This document shows positions 36,881 to 49,758 of a stretch of DNA of 64,000 bases, piece after piece. Numbering within the stretch: the first letter of the stretch is position 1; each line of letters opens with the position of its first letter. The stretch comes from Carcharhinus amblyrhynchos. Taxonomy: Eukaryota. The notes beneath the pieces are model-generated. The model saw only the letters and a list, made by a program, of their open reading frames with translations, did not search any database and was not told the DNA's origin. The position numbers were made by a program, and so were the translations under genes. Where the stretch lies: positions 99,386,001 through 99,450,000 of the forward strand of contig OZ336875.1 of NCBI GenBank assembly GCA_965287045.1, in the 5' to 3' direction.

Positions 36881-38567
36881 TACCCTGGCGCTATTCTCAT
36901 TTCAGATATCCCAGAACAGCAGCCTGGACAGGCAGTGATGTAAATCATGTCTGGACAGGACCTACGAGAAAGGAAAGAATAGGGAACAGTGTGTTCTTTG
37001 CAATTGATACAATTAGTAGTCCGAGTGTTGTGAACCAGGAAGCAGTTTAGATACAGATGAGTTGTTGAAGGAGTAGCAGCCAGAAAGAGAGAGGCAGCCA
37101 TCTTCAGGAAACGGCTCAGCTAGAGATGAAGTGCTAAATGCAAGCCAGTTTGTGCAAAAGGTTGTTTTCTTTGCTGAACCAAACTCCATTCCTGAGTCCT
37201 GATGACGTCAAGCTCTACAGTGTGGTAACACTGGCTAAATTTGACCAATAGGTTTATGGCTGTTGTTTGGGAAATGGGGGTCTCAATAGAATTTCAGCAT
37301 AGGGGAAACATACTTTTCCGTTTTCAGACTTTGAGGGGCTGAGTGCTGACTGTAAAGTTGCTGAAGAACAAGATTCGTCTTTATAAACATTTTATTACCT
37401 TCTTCCACTTTAATAAATACTTCTTTTGTATTTGTTTAACAGAAGAGAGCTCTTCGTTCTCACTGTTTCTGCAAATGTTTCTCTCTAATATCAACAAAAT
37501 ATACACCCTTACAAAACCAATGTTTCAGGTTGGAACATTTTCACACGTCATTGGGGTTTTGTAACATTAGTTATATGAGTGCACGCCGCAGACACCACTT
37601 GTGGTGAAAACACACCCAAACTGTTGAAAAAGACCACATGCTAGGAAGTCATGTTTTGTTCTCGAATATCCGATGATGTTCAAATTGAGGACTACCTCTA
37701 AAACTCCTTACCTATGTTGATCAGTTGTATTTTTAAGCCATTGGAAGTGACTGTTAAAGTTTGGTGTCTGTAAGCACACCTTAAACAACTGAGATATGCT
37801 TCATTTGTGCTCTTTCTGGAACAGGCTTGAAAATGCTGTTAGAAAGTGGAGATCTCAACTCCTGTGATATCAAATGTCAGCAATTAGCTTCACATCATAA
37901 AACGTGTAGCTTAACAAGGTTTATTTTAACTTTCATATTAGTTTATGAAAAATTTATCAAGATTACTAAACCTTCCCCTAAAATATCCCAGCAATTATAG
38001 CCTGAAGCTATGTTAAGCCAAGTAAATAATTAAGAACCTTTTCAATTTAACTGTGAGATTGCATTCTGTAATTGTTTTCTAATTTACTTACTGCTGGAGA
38101 GAAAGCACTTACATTTATGTAGTGCCTTTCATGATCAGAGAATGCCCCAAAGCACTTCACAGCTAATGAAATACTTTTGACATGCAAGGAACATGGATAA
38201 TTTCCTCTTGAGCCCACATAAAATCAAAATGAGCTCAGGGTCATTCACTACATGTTTGCTTCTTGCTTCTTCACGATTTAAGAAAGGAATGATGAAAGCT
38301 TATTTCCTGAATTCAAGCGAAGAGATCTGAAATTAAAGTATGACTCTAACTGCAGGAAAGTTGCAGCATTCGTAGTGGAGAGTGGAACACTCTTCTACAC
38401 GAGTGTTAGCATCGAGCCTTCCTTCCCTCGACTCTGCCCAAACATCCAACTTCAGGAGAAGCATTCTCCCTCAATGTAAATCGAGTTCCCTTCAGACATT
38501 CTCATGACAACTTAATTAAAATTGCCAATTTGAGTGAAGTTTTTTTAAAATGCAGTCCACACACTCA

Positions 38568-38750
38568 AAGAACAAAGAAAATGACAGCACAGGAACAGGC
38601 CCTTTGGCCCTCCAAGCCTGCATTGACCATGCTGCCTGTCTGAACTAAAACCCCCTAGCCTTCCAGGGACCATATCGCACTATTCCCATCCTATTTATGC
38701 CCTTTAAAAGTCACAATTGTATCTGCTTCCACTACCTCCCCTAGCAGCAA
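38568..38750 (-). mobile_element. CR1 3' tail fragment
   Basis: aagaacaaagaaaatgacagcacaggaacaggccctttggccctccaagcctg; same subfamily as 48565. Confidence 0.7.
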
Positions 38751-39313
38751 GTTGTCATTTCACAAAGGACTTTTCACCACTGCATCACAGGCTCTCAGTC
38801 CATTGACCTGGGCTACATCTGAACCTGGGTTTTAGAAGTGAATGGTGACCTAGCAGCCAGCCTATTTTTTTGTGAGAAACTCTCTCTGCAGTAATTTAAA
38901 ATGTTGCCGACTTTACTGGAGCAGGGTATCTCAGTCAAATGCTGTTCATTTCCTGCATCCTTCCACTCTACGAAAAAAAACTGTGCCCTAACTTGCCGTA
39001 AAAGGTCAGGCATTGCTGTATATTTCCCTACTTTACAGAATAACTTCTCTCAATCTACTATTTTACTCATTTTTGAAATGATTCTTTTTGAAACTAAACT
39101 TTTCCACATTTTCCTACCAAAAAAAATGATATTTTGATGTCAATTCAAGGCCAGCTTTGTATACAAACCATGCAAACGAAGGTTTATTTATCCCTAGCTA
39201 CACATACTAAATAAACTTGGATTAAATTTGAGCAATTCTAGCTGTTAACATTTCATTAGCATTCCTCGAGTAATTGGCAAAAATATTTCTATATAAAGGC
39301 AGAGTTTATTTGA

Positions 39314-39580
39314 TTAAAGTTTATATTATTTATGAGTCAGAAGTAAGGCTTACATTAACACGGCAGTAAAGTTATTGTAAAATTCCCCTGTTCGCCACCT
39401 GTTCAGGTCAATGCGCCTAAACTGCACATCTTTCAAACTGTGGGAGGAAACCATAGCATCCAGAAGAAACCCATGCAGATATAGAGAGAATGTGCAAACT
39501 CCACACAGACAGTGACCCAAGCCAGGAATCAAAGCCTTGTCCCTGGCACTGAGACAGCTGTGCTAACCACTGTGGCGCCC
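39314..39580 (-). mobile_element. tRNA/V-type SINE, tail type B
   Basis: aaggcttacattaacacggcagtaaagtt...cagacagtgacccaagccaggaatc...gtgctaaccactgtggcgccc. Confidence 0.85.
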
Positions 39581-40339
39581 ATAAGAGCTATAGTTGAAGA
39601 ATACGAGGAAGCAGCCTGAAATCCTTATCTAAGATTCAGAGCATTGTTACAGCCTTGCGTCACCTGATCTTTGAGGTCTCCTCCAGCATAATATTTCCGC
39701 AACCCTGAACAAATCTTCTGAGTTCAATTGTATATTGCTTTTCACGGGTCTTTAATTTTAATTCCTGATTCCTCTGCTACATGTTCATGGACCAACATGA
39801 AAATGCTAGTGTCCATTTATTCATTAATCTACTGTTTAAACCTCTATTTTGTCGATGCAAATTTTGTTTCCATCAGCAACACTGTCTGACATTGCAGTAC
39901 TTAAGTCAAATCACCATGCTCATCTGATTAGCGCGCTAGTTCTGAAGTTTTATTACCCTGATTCGAACGATTAAATCATTACAAAAGGGATGCTACTCCA
40001 AAAGATACATTTTCCTCCTTGTGGAACAGCCATAATGCAATGACACATTATTCAGCAGAATTATAGTAATATGCAGAATGCCACTAATTCAGTTGGACAC
40101 CGATTCCACTTGTAGACAAAACGTGGACATTGTGAATGTACGTTTTACTGCTGAAACACTCCTGTAATGTAAGGACTTGCATGATTTTCTTGCTGAAATA
40201 GTGAGGAATTCACACTGGTTAGATTTAACACAAAATAAGCCTTTATATATATTGACAATTCAAAATTTTATGAGTGATAGATGTAGTCAGGCTGCAATTC
40301 TGATGGATTATCTCAAACATATTACACTGTAAGGCAAAT

Positions 40340-41660
40340 GCTGCACTAAGTTTATATTGCAATGGGATAACTTCCCAAAATGGGATCATTGCCCAAATAA
40401 TAAGAGGCGTAGAGTATCAAAGTAAGGACATTAGGTTGAAACTTTTACAAACACTGGTTAAGACTCAGCTGGAGGGTAGTGTCCAATTCTGGGCAAGGCA
40501 CTTAAGGATGAAAATCAAAGCCTCAGTGGGAACAGATAAGATTTACCAAGTGGTATCAGAGATGAAGGACTTCAGTTATGTGGAGAAACTGGAGAAGCTA
40601 GAGTGGTTCTTCTTACAGAAGAGTAAGATAAATGTAGATTTGATGAAGGTGTCAAAAACATGAATGTTTTGATGAAGTAAACAAAGAGGAACTATTTCCA
40701 GTGGCAGATGGATCAGCATAACAACTTATATTCATGAAGGACCTTTAATGTAACAAAATGTTGGCAGTCACTTCACAGGAGCATTATAAGACAAAATACT
40801 AGGTAGGATACAAGGAGATATTAAGATCCTGGGTTAACTGGCCAAAAGCTTAGTCAAAAGAGGTACATTTGAGGGTAGTGGTAAAGAGGTGGAGAGGTGT
40901 ATGGAGGGTATTCCTGCAATAAAGGCCTAGGCAACAGAAGTATGACCATTAATGGTGGAGTGATTAGAATCGGGAGTCCTCCAAAGGTCAGATTTGATGA
41001 ACCCAGATATCTGGAAGGGGTGTGGGCTTGAAGGAGATAACAGTGGGGTGAGGCAAGTCCATAGATGGATTTAAGAACAAGGATGAAAATGAGGATTTGC
41101 TTGCTCAAGAATCAAGGTAGGACAGCAAACACAGGCTGAACAGAACTTGGTTCCAGTGAGGAAATGGACAGCATGATAACCTCAAGTTTATGAAGGTTGT
41201 TTGGGGTTCGGGAAGCTTACTGAAAGGGAGATAAATGGAAGGTTTTCTCTGACGCCAGTGAGTAAAATAAGATTAAATGTAATTGGTGAAAAAAAACAGA
41301 GAAAACAGGAGGAAAAATTGCTTTACAATTACTTACGGTGCAAGCTGTTTCGACACAAAGCACTAACTGAAACGACTAACTGGGAACAGGATCAATCAAG
41401 ATTTTCAAAAGTGAGTTGAAAAAATATTTGAAGGAAAAACCTTACAAGAATATAGAGAATGAGAGGGGGCACTGAGACTAATTGGATAGGCACAGTTAGT
41501 ACTCTCATAACACCAGGTTAAAGTCCAACAGGTTTATTTGATGCCTATCCGAGTCTAACACCAGCAACTCCACATCATAATTGGATAGGTCTTCTAAAGA
41601 GTTGGTACAAGTATAATGGACCAAATGGTCTCCTTCTGCATTGCATTATTCTACGATTAT
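40340..41660 (+). mobile_element. Old CR1 3' region split by an L2-like insert (40715-41200, minus) and a Penelope-like insert (41491-41577)
   Basis: ORF 40436 LLQTLVKTQLEGSVQFWARHLR...SYVEKLEKL; resumes near 41220; tail atggaccaaatggtctccttctgcattgcattattctacgat. Confidence 0.65.
41491..41577. mobile_element. Mini Penelope-like insertion (family P1) with 12-bp TSD
   Basis: taattggatagg duplicated at 41479-41490 and 41578-41589. The insert is an inverted segment (caccaggttaaagtccaacaggtttatttg) plus a forward 3' end (...ccagcaactccacatca). Confidence 0.75.
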
Positions 41661-41959
41661 ACAAATGCCAATATACATTTAACAATAGTTCAACTTTAAA
41701 TATATATAAGCTAGGATTGTGGTTCTACTCAGGCATTGTACAACATTTGATTATTAAATGAAAATCCAATTGAAACAACATTGTAATTGGCACAGCTGTA
41801 CACTTAAGTCAACTAATCAGTGTTAATGAGATCCCTAGTTCTCAAGGTTTGTATTTTTGGAGTACTCGTTAAGACTCCATTTAACTTTGTGAAAAACGTA
41901 AAAATAACACTACCATGTACTATTGCCAGAAACGGGAAGGAAAATGCTCCAATTTTGAA

Positions 41960-43500
41960 TTAATTCTCGGGATGTAGGCAGTGTGAGGAATGCCAGAATT
42001 TATAGTTCACCCAAGCTGTCCTTGAGGTGGTGATGCTTTCCTGAACCATTGGAGTCAATGTGGTGAAAACGCTTCCACAACGCTACTGCGATAGGAGATC
42101 CAGTATTTTGACCCAGCAACAATGGAGGACGATATGTTGCAAAGACTTGGAGGTAATGGCATTTCCATACACTTGCTGGCCTTTTCCTTTTAGGTGGCAG
42201 AAGGTGTATGGAAGAGGCAGGTACAGGAAAAAGCCAAGGCACGTCACTGCAGTGCGTCTTGTAGTTGGAAAGCACAGTGGCCACAGTCCATTGATTACGG
42301 GGGGCGGGGGGGAAGAAGAGGAGCGGATGTTCATGCTTATAGAGAATTTGACAATTAAAAAGGCCTTTGTCCCAAATAGTATTTAGCTTCTGGAGTGTTC
42401 TTGCAGTTCTACCCATTCCTTACAAAATGAAGGAGATAGTCATTGACTTCAGGAAGCGTAGTAGAGGACATACCCATGTCAACATCAATGGGGATGTATA
42501 GAAATGGTCAAAAGCTTCAAGTTTCTAGGTGTCCAGATCACCAGCAACCTGTCCCGGTCACTCCATGCCGACACTATAGTTAAGAAAGCCCACCAACGCC
42601 TCTACTTTCTCAGAAGACTAAGAGAATTTGGCACGTCCACTATGACTCTCACCAACTTTTACAGCTGCAAAGTATTCTGGTTGTATCACAGCTTGGTATG
42701 GCTCCTGCTCTGTCCAAGGCTGCAAGAAACTACAAAGGGTTGTGAACGAAGCCCAGTCCATCCTCAAAGCAGCCTCCCACCCACTGACTCTGCCTACACT
42801 TCCTGCTGCCTCAGAAAAGCAGCCAGCATAATCAAGGACCCCATGTATCCTGGACAAATTCTCTTCCACGTTCTTCCATCAGGAAAAGGATCCCAAAGTC
42901 TGAGGACATACCAACCGGCTCAAGAACAGCTTCTTCCCTGCTGCCATCAGACTCTTGAATGGACTTACCATCATTAAGTTGATGCCTGTAACACTACATT
43001 CTGCACCATCTCCTTTCCTTCTCTATGTATGGTATGCTTTGTCTGTATAGCATGCAAGAAACAATGCTTTTTACTGTGTATTAATACATGTGAGAATAGT
43101 AAGTCAAATCAAAATCAAATCCAAACAAATGGAGAATGATTTATGCTGGTAGATGGTCCAGTTGAGTTTCTGATCAACTGCGAAGACCAGGATACTGAAG
43201 GAGGGAAAATTCCATGATGATTATGTATCGAATGTGGAAGATGTTATTCTCTCTTGTTGGGGGTGTTATTTCTTGACACTCAAGTAGCACAAAATTATTT
43301 GTCACTCATCAGCCGAAGCCTGGATATTGCACACAGCATGCTAATGCCGAGGTATAATGAATGGAGTAGAACTTCATTCAACAGACAGCCCCATTTCTGA
43401 TTTTATGACACAGGGAAAATCACTGATGAAACAGCTGCAGATTGTTGGGATTAGGATGTTGGCAATCAGAGGCAAACGACATGAATGAATTGAACCTTGG
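41960..43500 (-). mobile_element. Crack/L2-like LINE 3' region interrupted by a Rex1 copy
   Basis: ORF 42000-42416 TLQKLNTIWDK; tail gggatgtaggcagtgtgagg...tttatagttcacccaagctgtccttgaggtggtg. Continues after 43120. Confidence 0.6.
42420..43120 (+). mobile_element. Rex1/Babar 3' fragment
   Basis: KEIVIDFRK, MVKSFKFLGVQITSNLS...KKAHQRLYFLRRL; tail gtcaaatcaaaatcaaat. Confidence 0.88.
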
Positions 43501-44143
43501 ATATCACCGTAAAACAGACAAGCAACCAATGTTATCTTTTTCCTACACTGAAGGCTTTCTTTTAGGCTATAAATTAAAAACAAACATGGATTTAGCGTTG
43601 GCATTTCCACTCAATGGCAATGCAGTTTTCTTTACCTGGACCACAAGGAGCTTATAGACCAAGAGAAGCATTCAAATATACTCCGAAGGTTTAGTGACAA
43701 ATGCTACGAGATATAATTTTTCAAAATTTTCTTTTGCACATTCCCCCCAAAGAGAGTCAACATTTGGTAAACGAATTACAGTGGAGAAGCAGAGACAAGC
43801 AACAGATATTCGTTAAAACAAAAAAAGGATCAATGGTACCAAAATAGCCAAGTTTACTCAGTTGGATCTTTTTGAAACTTCAAAGATAATTGTACTAAAA
43901 TACATCTCACTTTTCTTCTTGGCACACCAAATCCAACAACTGGTGGGAACAGGATTTAAGCCAGCTATATTTGAGTTGTAATACAGAACCTGAAAAAGCA
44001 TTGTATAGCTTTCCCTGCATCAGAAGGTCAGAAATGGGCTGTTCACTGCTTATTGCAAAAGTAATGCTCCATTATAGTTCCTCAGATAATGAAGTATTAG
44101 CATGATCCATACAACATGCAGTCTTGCGTTGATAAGTGACAAG

Positions 44144-44842
44144 GGTCATGCGAGTGTACCTTTAGAAAAGTTTTTTTAAAATCATGCAGCTTACAGCTTC
44201 ACAATGTCATTGGGAGATGTAGCTAAGCTGTGGCAGTCAGGTGATAGGACTTCCAGTTTCATTTACAGCTGTTAGCTGGTAAGTTTTTCTTTTCTTCAGG
44301 CTTTCAATTTTGTTTTGGGGAGTATGTTGGAAGCATTTTTAGCAACAACTAAGCAGCAGTCTCTCTCTCCCTGTTTGGTTCTGAAACTATCAGTTAACTG
44401 ATGAGGCTTATTACCATCCTGCCTTAAAAGGACCTGTATTTTGGGAAACAGATTCGACTATAACCTCAGTTTCTACAAGGGATTTTCAACATTCAACATT
44501 CCTGTAACAAATGGGCATTAACCTCTGCTGTATTGTGCTTATTTGGAGGGTTTTGTGTGTTGGATGTTGGCTTTGGTTGGTTCAAGATATTCCTTAAGAG
44601 TTGCACATTGTTGTGTTTGCTGTGTTTCTTGTTTGTAATTTGTTAAAACTTCTTGCTAATTGTCTTACTATATCTGTCAACAATATTCTAAATTAAACTT
44701 TGTTTTTGATAAAAACCCCTCATGGGTCAGTTGAATCACACCTGAAGTGAAACCTCTAATCTTAGCCAAATTTAATGTAAAACTTGAACAGGTCAGGTGA
44801 GCTTCATAGAGCACCTTGAAGTATCCAACCTGACTTGGAACA
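44144..44842 (+). mobile_element. Solo LTR (~700 bp) with 4-bp TSD CAAG
   Basis: caag|(g)gtcatg...ggaaca|caag; attaaa at ~44693. The first base deviates from canonical TG. Confidence 0.55.
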
Positions 44843-45095
44843 CAAGTAATATTTACATCACGCTCGTGTCAGGAATTGACTCTCTCCAACCAGCAAGACA
44901 GCACAACAACCTTCAGTCACATTCACACCACATCCCAAGATCTACTCTCAGTGAGAGGTATCGCTGCATGAATAATTCCACTCTCTTCGCAGAAGCATCA
45001 ACTCACTCTCAAAACTATCACTCTCCGCAAATTTATCCTTCGACTTAAAGCAGCATCCTCGGCTAACCGTTCCAATGAACCTCAACAAAGTGACT

Positions 45096-45130
45096 TACCT
45101 GACGAAGGGGCAATGCTCTGAAAGCTAGTG
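45096..45130 (+). ncRNA. Minimal type-I hammerhead ribozyme motif of a Penelope-like element
   Basis: UAC-CUGACGA-A-[GGGGC aau GCUCU]-GAAA-GC-UA-GUG: core CUGANGA/GAAA, 5-bp stem II, palindromic AGCU in place of stem III, 3-bp stem I UAC:GUG. Confidence 0.6.
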
Positions 45131-45224
45131 GCTTTTGCTGCCAAATAAACCTGTTGACTTTAACCTGGTGTTGTGAGACTTCTTAGTGTGTTTACCCCAG
45201 TCCAACACTGGCATCACCATATCA
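45096..45224 (+). mobile_element. Penelope-like pseudo-LTR/3' end (family P1)
   Basis: aaataaacctgttgactttaacctggtgttgtgagacttctta...ccccagtccaacactggcatcaccatatca, shared with the other P1 copies. Confidence 0.72.
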
Positions 45225-47026
45225 AAGATAATAGCAGAACATGGACTGGCCTATGTGACGGACAGCAAAGGCAATGGAGAATAGAAATCAGTGGAGAGGT
45301 TACTCAGTGTGCCAACCCTTGGAACGAGAACATATGAAAGACAAGGCATTGCATTGTCTACTTTGTAAAAGAAATCCCATGGTTAGAGATTTTAACTTGT
45401 ATAGACATGATAGAATGCCCAGAATTTTTAATCCATTGGCTTGTAACATAAAGATACTTTTGCTCATTATAATCACATCAATGATATAACGGACATCACA
45501 ATATGTTGTATTAATTTCACCCACAGCACATCCACCTCACTGTTTACCCAGCTGCTTACCCACCATGGCTTATAAATGTCAATCCATTTTCTAGTTGTGT
45601 ACATCATTTCAGCCAAAGTAGCAATATATGTGTTGTCACACCAAACAGAAACCAATTCAGAAGGTTTAGCAGACATTATTAAGATTGCATTTCAAAATGA
45701 ATTCTCACACATGCACCTGAAAAGCTGAAACAAATTCATCGTGAGCTGGTGATATTGTACTTTAATGTTTAATCATTTTTTCAGCTGGTCCACCAAATAT
45801 CAATGCAAATACATTGTAAGCATAACCACGAAGAAAGTCATTTGATATTCTTTGTTTGTGACATACTTTCCATATTCTGAAATGTTCAGAAGACAATCAG
45901 CCATCCACACAACCATGAAGTTTAGCAGTGTCAAATTAACAACAGAAAATGAAGAAATTCAAAAGCATTTTCCCATTTTAATGATGAGCCACACGTTTTT
46001 ATATAATACATTGTAGTCTTCACTTTAGTGTGATATTCAACATTTTATTCCTCAGTTTCGTACAGCCTAAGTACAGATCGGTCCAACATCACTTCTCTGG
46101 TTTGCGTTATGTGCCACGTGCAAATTGGTGAAGACTCACAGCACACTTTAAAAAGGAAAACTACTCCCCAGATTATTCACACATGCAGGTGCAACGTCAG
46201 CCACTTCAACCCTCACTGGAGATTTGTAGCAGTAAAAATACCATGGACTTCTGTAACACGCATAAAAATCCTCCCAGAATTCTTTGTCACCAAACATGTG
46301 TCAACAAAAATGCTTTGTTAAAACACACATTGTAATGGATTTTCAAAAAAAAACTGTCATTCTGTTCGTTAAGTGATTTTCTTCCATTATATAACATATG
46401 CCTCAAAATTAACTACTCCAGAACCACCATTTACCTCAAGTCATTTAAACCAATTTGACTTTTGTTGCATTTTCTTGACATGTGAACACCCTTGTTATTT
46501 CAATGCCTTTGACCTTCACTTGGAAATAGGCTACACTACATTGGTTCACTACAAGGAGCTGCCAGTAGAACACAGCTTCTAAGAATCAAATATCGAAGTG
46601 TCTTTTTTTTTACGGCTTGCATTATTACAGTCCCATGGGTAACTAGCACGTACAAGAAAACTGTACGTTTCTTCTTGACAATGTTTCTATTTGACATGGG
46701 TGCTTTTGAGACATATTTTCAGATGAAAAAATGAATGTGTTAACAATAAGAACAGTAAGATTTTTTTATAATGCCTTTGACGTAATAGAACATAATGCAT
46801 TTCACAGAGACATTGTAAAGTAAATGTCACCAAGGTACATGAGGATATTAGGGCAGATAGCCAGAGTCAGGAAGAGATAGCAAGATAGCAAGGTGTAGGA
46901 AGGAAATTCGAGTTTTCAGATCTAAGCAGCTGAAGACACAGCCACCTAAAATTCCAAATTAAAGAACTTAAAAAGGCAAGAACACATCTGCTTTGTTGCC
47001 TTTCAGCTGTGGGAAACAAAATTTAA

Positions 47027-47376
47027 AGGGGAGACAGTGACATAATAGTAACGTCACTGGACTAGTAATTCAGAGGCTCAGGCTAATGCTCTGGGGTCAA
47101 GGGTTCAAATCCCACCACAACAGCCGGTGGAATTTAAATTCAATTAATAAATCTGGAATCAAAAAGTTAACCTTAGTAACAGTGACCATGAAGCTATCAT
47201 CATTTGTTGTAAACATCCATCTGGTTCACGAATGTCCTTTTACAGAACAAAATCTGCCATCCCTTAACTGGTCTGGCCTACGTGCAACTGCCCTCTGAAA
47301 TGTTCGGTTCAGGATGGACAACAAATGCAACTTCTGCCACCAACACTCTCATCCCATGAAAGGATGCAGGAAAAAA
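47027..47376 (+). mobile_element. tRNA-derived SINE family C
   Basis: Head gtgacataatagtaacgtcactggactagtaa...gggttcaaatccc (B box); tail ggatggacaacaaatgc...catcccatgaaag. Confidence 0.8.
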
Positions 47377-47904
47377 TTTGAATGTTCATTTCCCATAATC
47401 TGTTACTGCAAATTAGTGCACGATTTCAGACTGATCTTCCTCTATGGAGTGTAAACATTGTAAAAGTAAAGCTGCCAGTTGTTACAGAATAGCTCTTAAG
47501 GTATGGATTATATAAGGAGCCTCATCTGGGATACAGACTATCAGGAGATATAAAGAGTGACATTTGACAAGTCCAAATTCTATTTCCAAATTCAAAACGC
47601 CCTTGAAGTCTGAGCATGTCTGTGAAGACTGCAAGGGACATTTAAACACAGATGTTACTTGCTGAAAAATGCAATGTTGCACCATACCAGTCATTCATTT
47701 AGTGTGAGCCTTCTGTCAGGTGGCTTTAGACAACTATTTCTTAATCATTCTTAGAATAAAGATCACATCCCTAGAATGATTAAAAATCACTCCAGATCAT
47801 TCTTTGTATCTGTTTTTCACCATGTCAGGATTATTACCGACAAAGCTTTGAGCACAGCCCAAAATGAAACATGGAAGCAAACATATATTAACTAAGGGAA
47901 GAAC

Positions 47905-49720
47905 ACAAGAAATAGAACTAGGAGAATGCCACCAGGCCCTTCAAGGCTGCCCTGCCATTCAATAAGACCTTGGCTGATCTAATGCTGGTCTAAACTCCTT
48001 TTCTGTGCCATATTCCTCGGTCTATCAAATATTTTGTCATCTCCACTTTAAATAAGTCGAATGATCCAGCCTCCTTCGGGGCAGAAAATAAAGAAAGTTG
48101 ATCCTGTGGACAGGGACAATGACAGAATGACCTGTTCCAGATGGACAAGCTCCAAACGTGAGTGAAATCCACGTCGGCACTAAGGGTAGAATCAGAATTT
48201 TACAGCACAGGAAACCACCGTTTGCTCCAGGATGCCTGTGCCATGCTTTGAAAGAGCTATCGAATTTGATCTTAATTCAGCTTTCCCTCCCCCCCGCTTC
48301 AAAGTCTTGCAAGTTAGTTCCCTTCAAAGACATATGCGTTTACCTTCTGAAAGTCTCTACCTTTTCAAGTAGTATGTTCTGGATTTTAACCTTCTTGGAA
48401 ATTTTTTTCTCTTATTTAACTCTACTTTTATCAATTATTTTAATCTATGACCTCTGGATGCCAACCCACTTGCCAGTTGAAAAAGTGTCTTTCAGTACTT
48501 GCTCCATCAAAACACTCAAAATTGAGTACAACTATTTGGCTCTCCATTAACCTTCTCTGGTTGAACAAGAACAAAGAAGAGTACAGCATGGGTACAGGCC
48601 TTTCAGTCCTCCAAACCTGTGCCACAATGCCCTAACTTAAAGAAAAAACCCTACTACCCTCACTTAGTCCCTGTCCCTCTATTTCCTTCCTATCCATGGA
48701 CCCATCCAGATGCCTCTCCAATGTTGCTGTGCCTGCTTCCACCACACCCTCCGGCAGTGTGTCCCAGGCACCCACCACTTGCTTTATGAAAAGCTTCCCC
48801 TATACAACTCCCTTAAACTTTCTCCCTCTCACCTTGAACCTGTGCCCCCTTGTAGTTGACAATTCCACCCTTGGGAAAAAAAACCTCTGACTATCCACCC
48901 TGTCTGTGCCTCTCATAATTTTGTAGGCCTCTATCAGGTCTCTGTTCAGCCTCCATCTTTCCAGCGAATACAATCCTAGGTTTATTCAACCTCTCCTCAG
49001 CCAACACCCTCAAGACCAAGCAACATCCTGGTGAACCTTCTACATCCTTCTGATAACATGGTGATCAGAATTGCATGCAATACTCCAAATAAGGCCGAAC
49101 CGGGATTTTATGTCGCTGCAACATGATTTCCCAACTCTTGTACTCAGTGCCCCAGTCAACAAAGGCAAGATGTTACATGATTTCTTAATCACCTTGAATT
49201 AGAACAATCAGTTTCTCCAATCTCTTCACATAACAGAAGACCTCGATTCCTGGTATTGTCCTGATAGACCTTGTCCACATCCTCTTGATTTCTTTCTAAA
49301 GTGAGGTGTCCAGAATGATACACAATTCTCCAACTGAGTCCCAACCAACAATTTGTAAAGATCTGGCATGATTTGCTCGTTTTCGTATTCAACACTTCAT
49401 TCATATAGCCAGGTATTCCATGTGCTTTCCAACCTGACTTATCAAATTGCCCTGGCATCTTCAAAAGATTACTGAACATGCAAGCCCTATATTCCTCTGT
49501 TCATGCACTCACTTCAAAAAAAAAGTGCCACTTAGATTATGCTGTCTCTCCATTCACTACACAGTTAACTGCATTAAATTCCATCTGCCATATGTCTGCC
49601 CACGTCATCAATCTGCTGGTGTTCTCTTAAAGTCTGCTACTAACGTGCTCACTGTTTAATATGCCAAGTCCTGGTCAAGCTTAAAAACTGTATTCTCTAA
49701 GCCCCAATTTGGGTCATTTT
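47905..49720 (-). mobile_element. Cluster of nested CR1 3' fragments (younger copy 48565-49195 inside an older one)
   Basis: Three CR1 tails start at ~47905, ~48190 and ~48565. cagaattgcatgcaatactcc and cagaatgatacacaattctcc encode LEYCxQF-like motifs in reverse. Confidence 0.7.
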
Positions 49721-49758
49721 TTATGTAATAAGGCAAGCAATGCTCCATTCCCAGTGGC

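Noticed and set aside
47741-47783. Short inverted repeats (ttaatcattct/agaatgattaa; similar ones at ~17974-17995 and ~26037-26056)
   Set aside because: AT-rich 9-11-bp arms are expected by chance in 64 kb.
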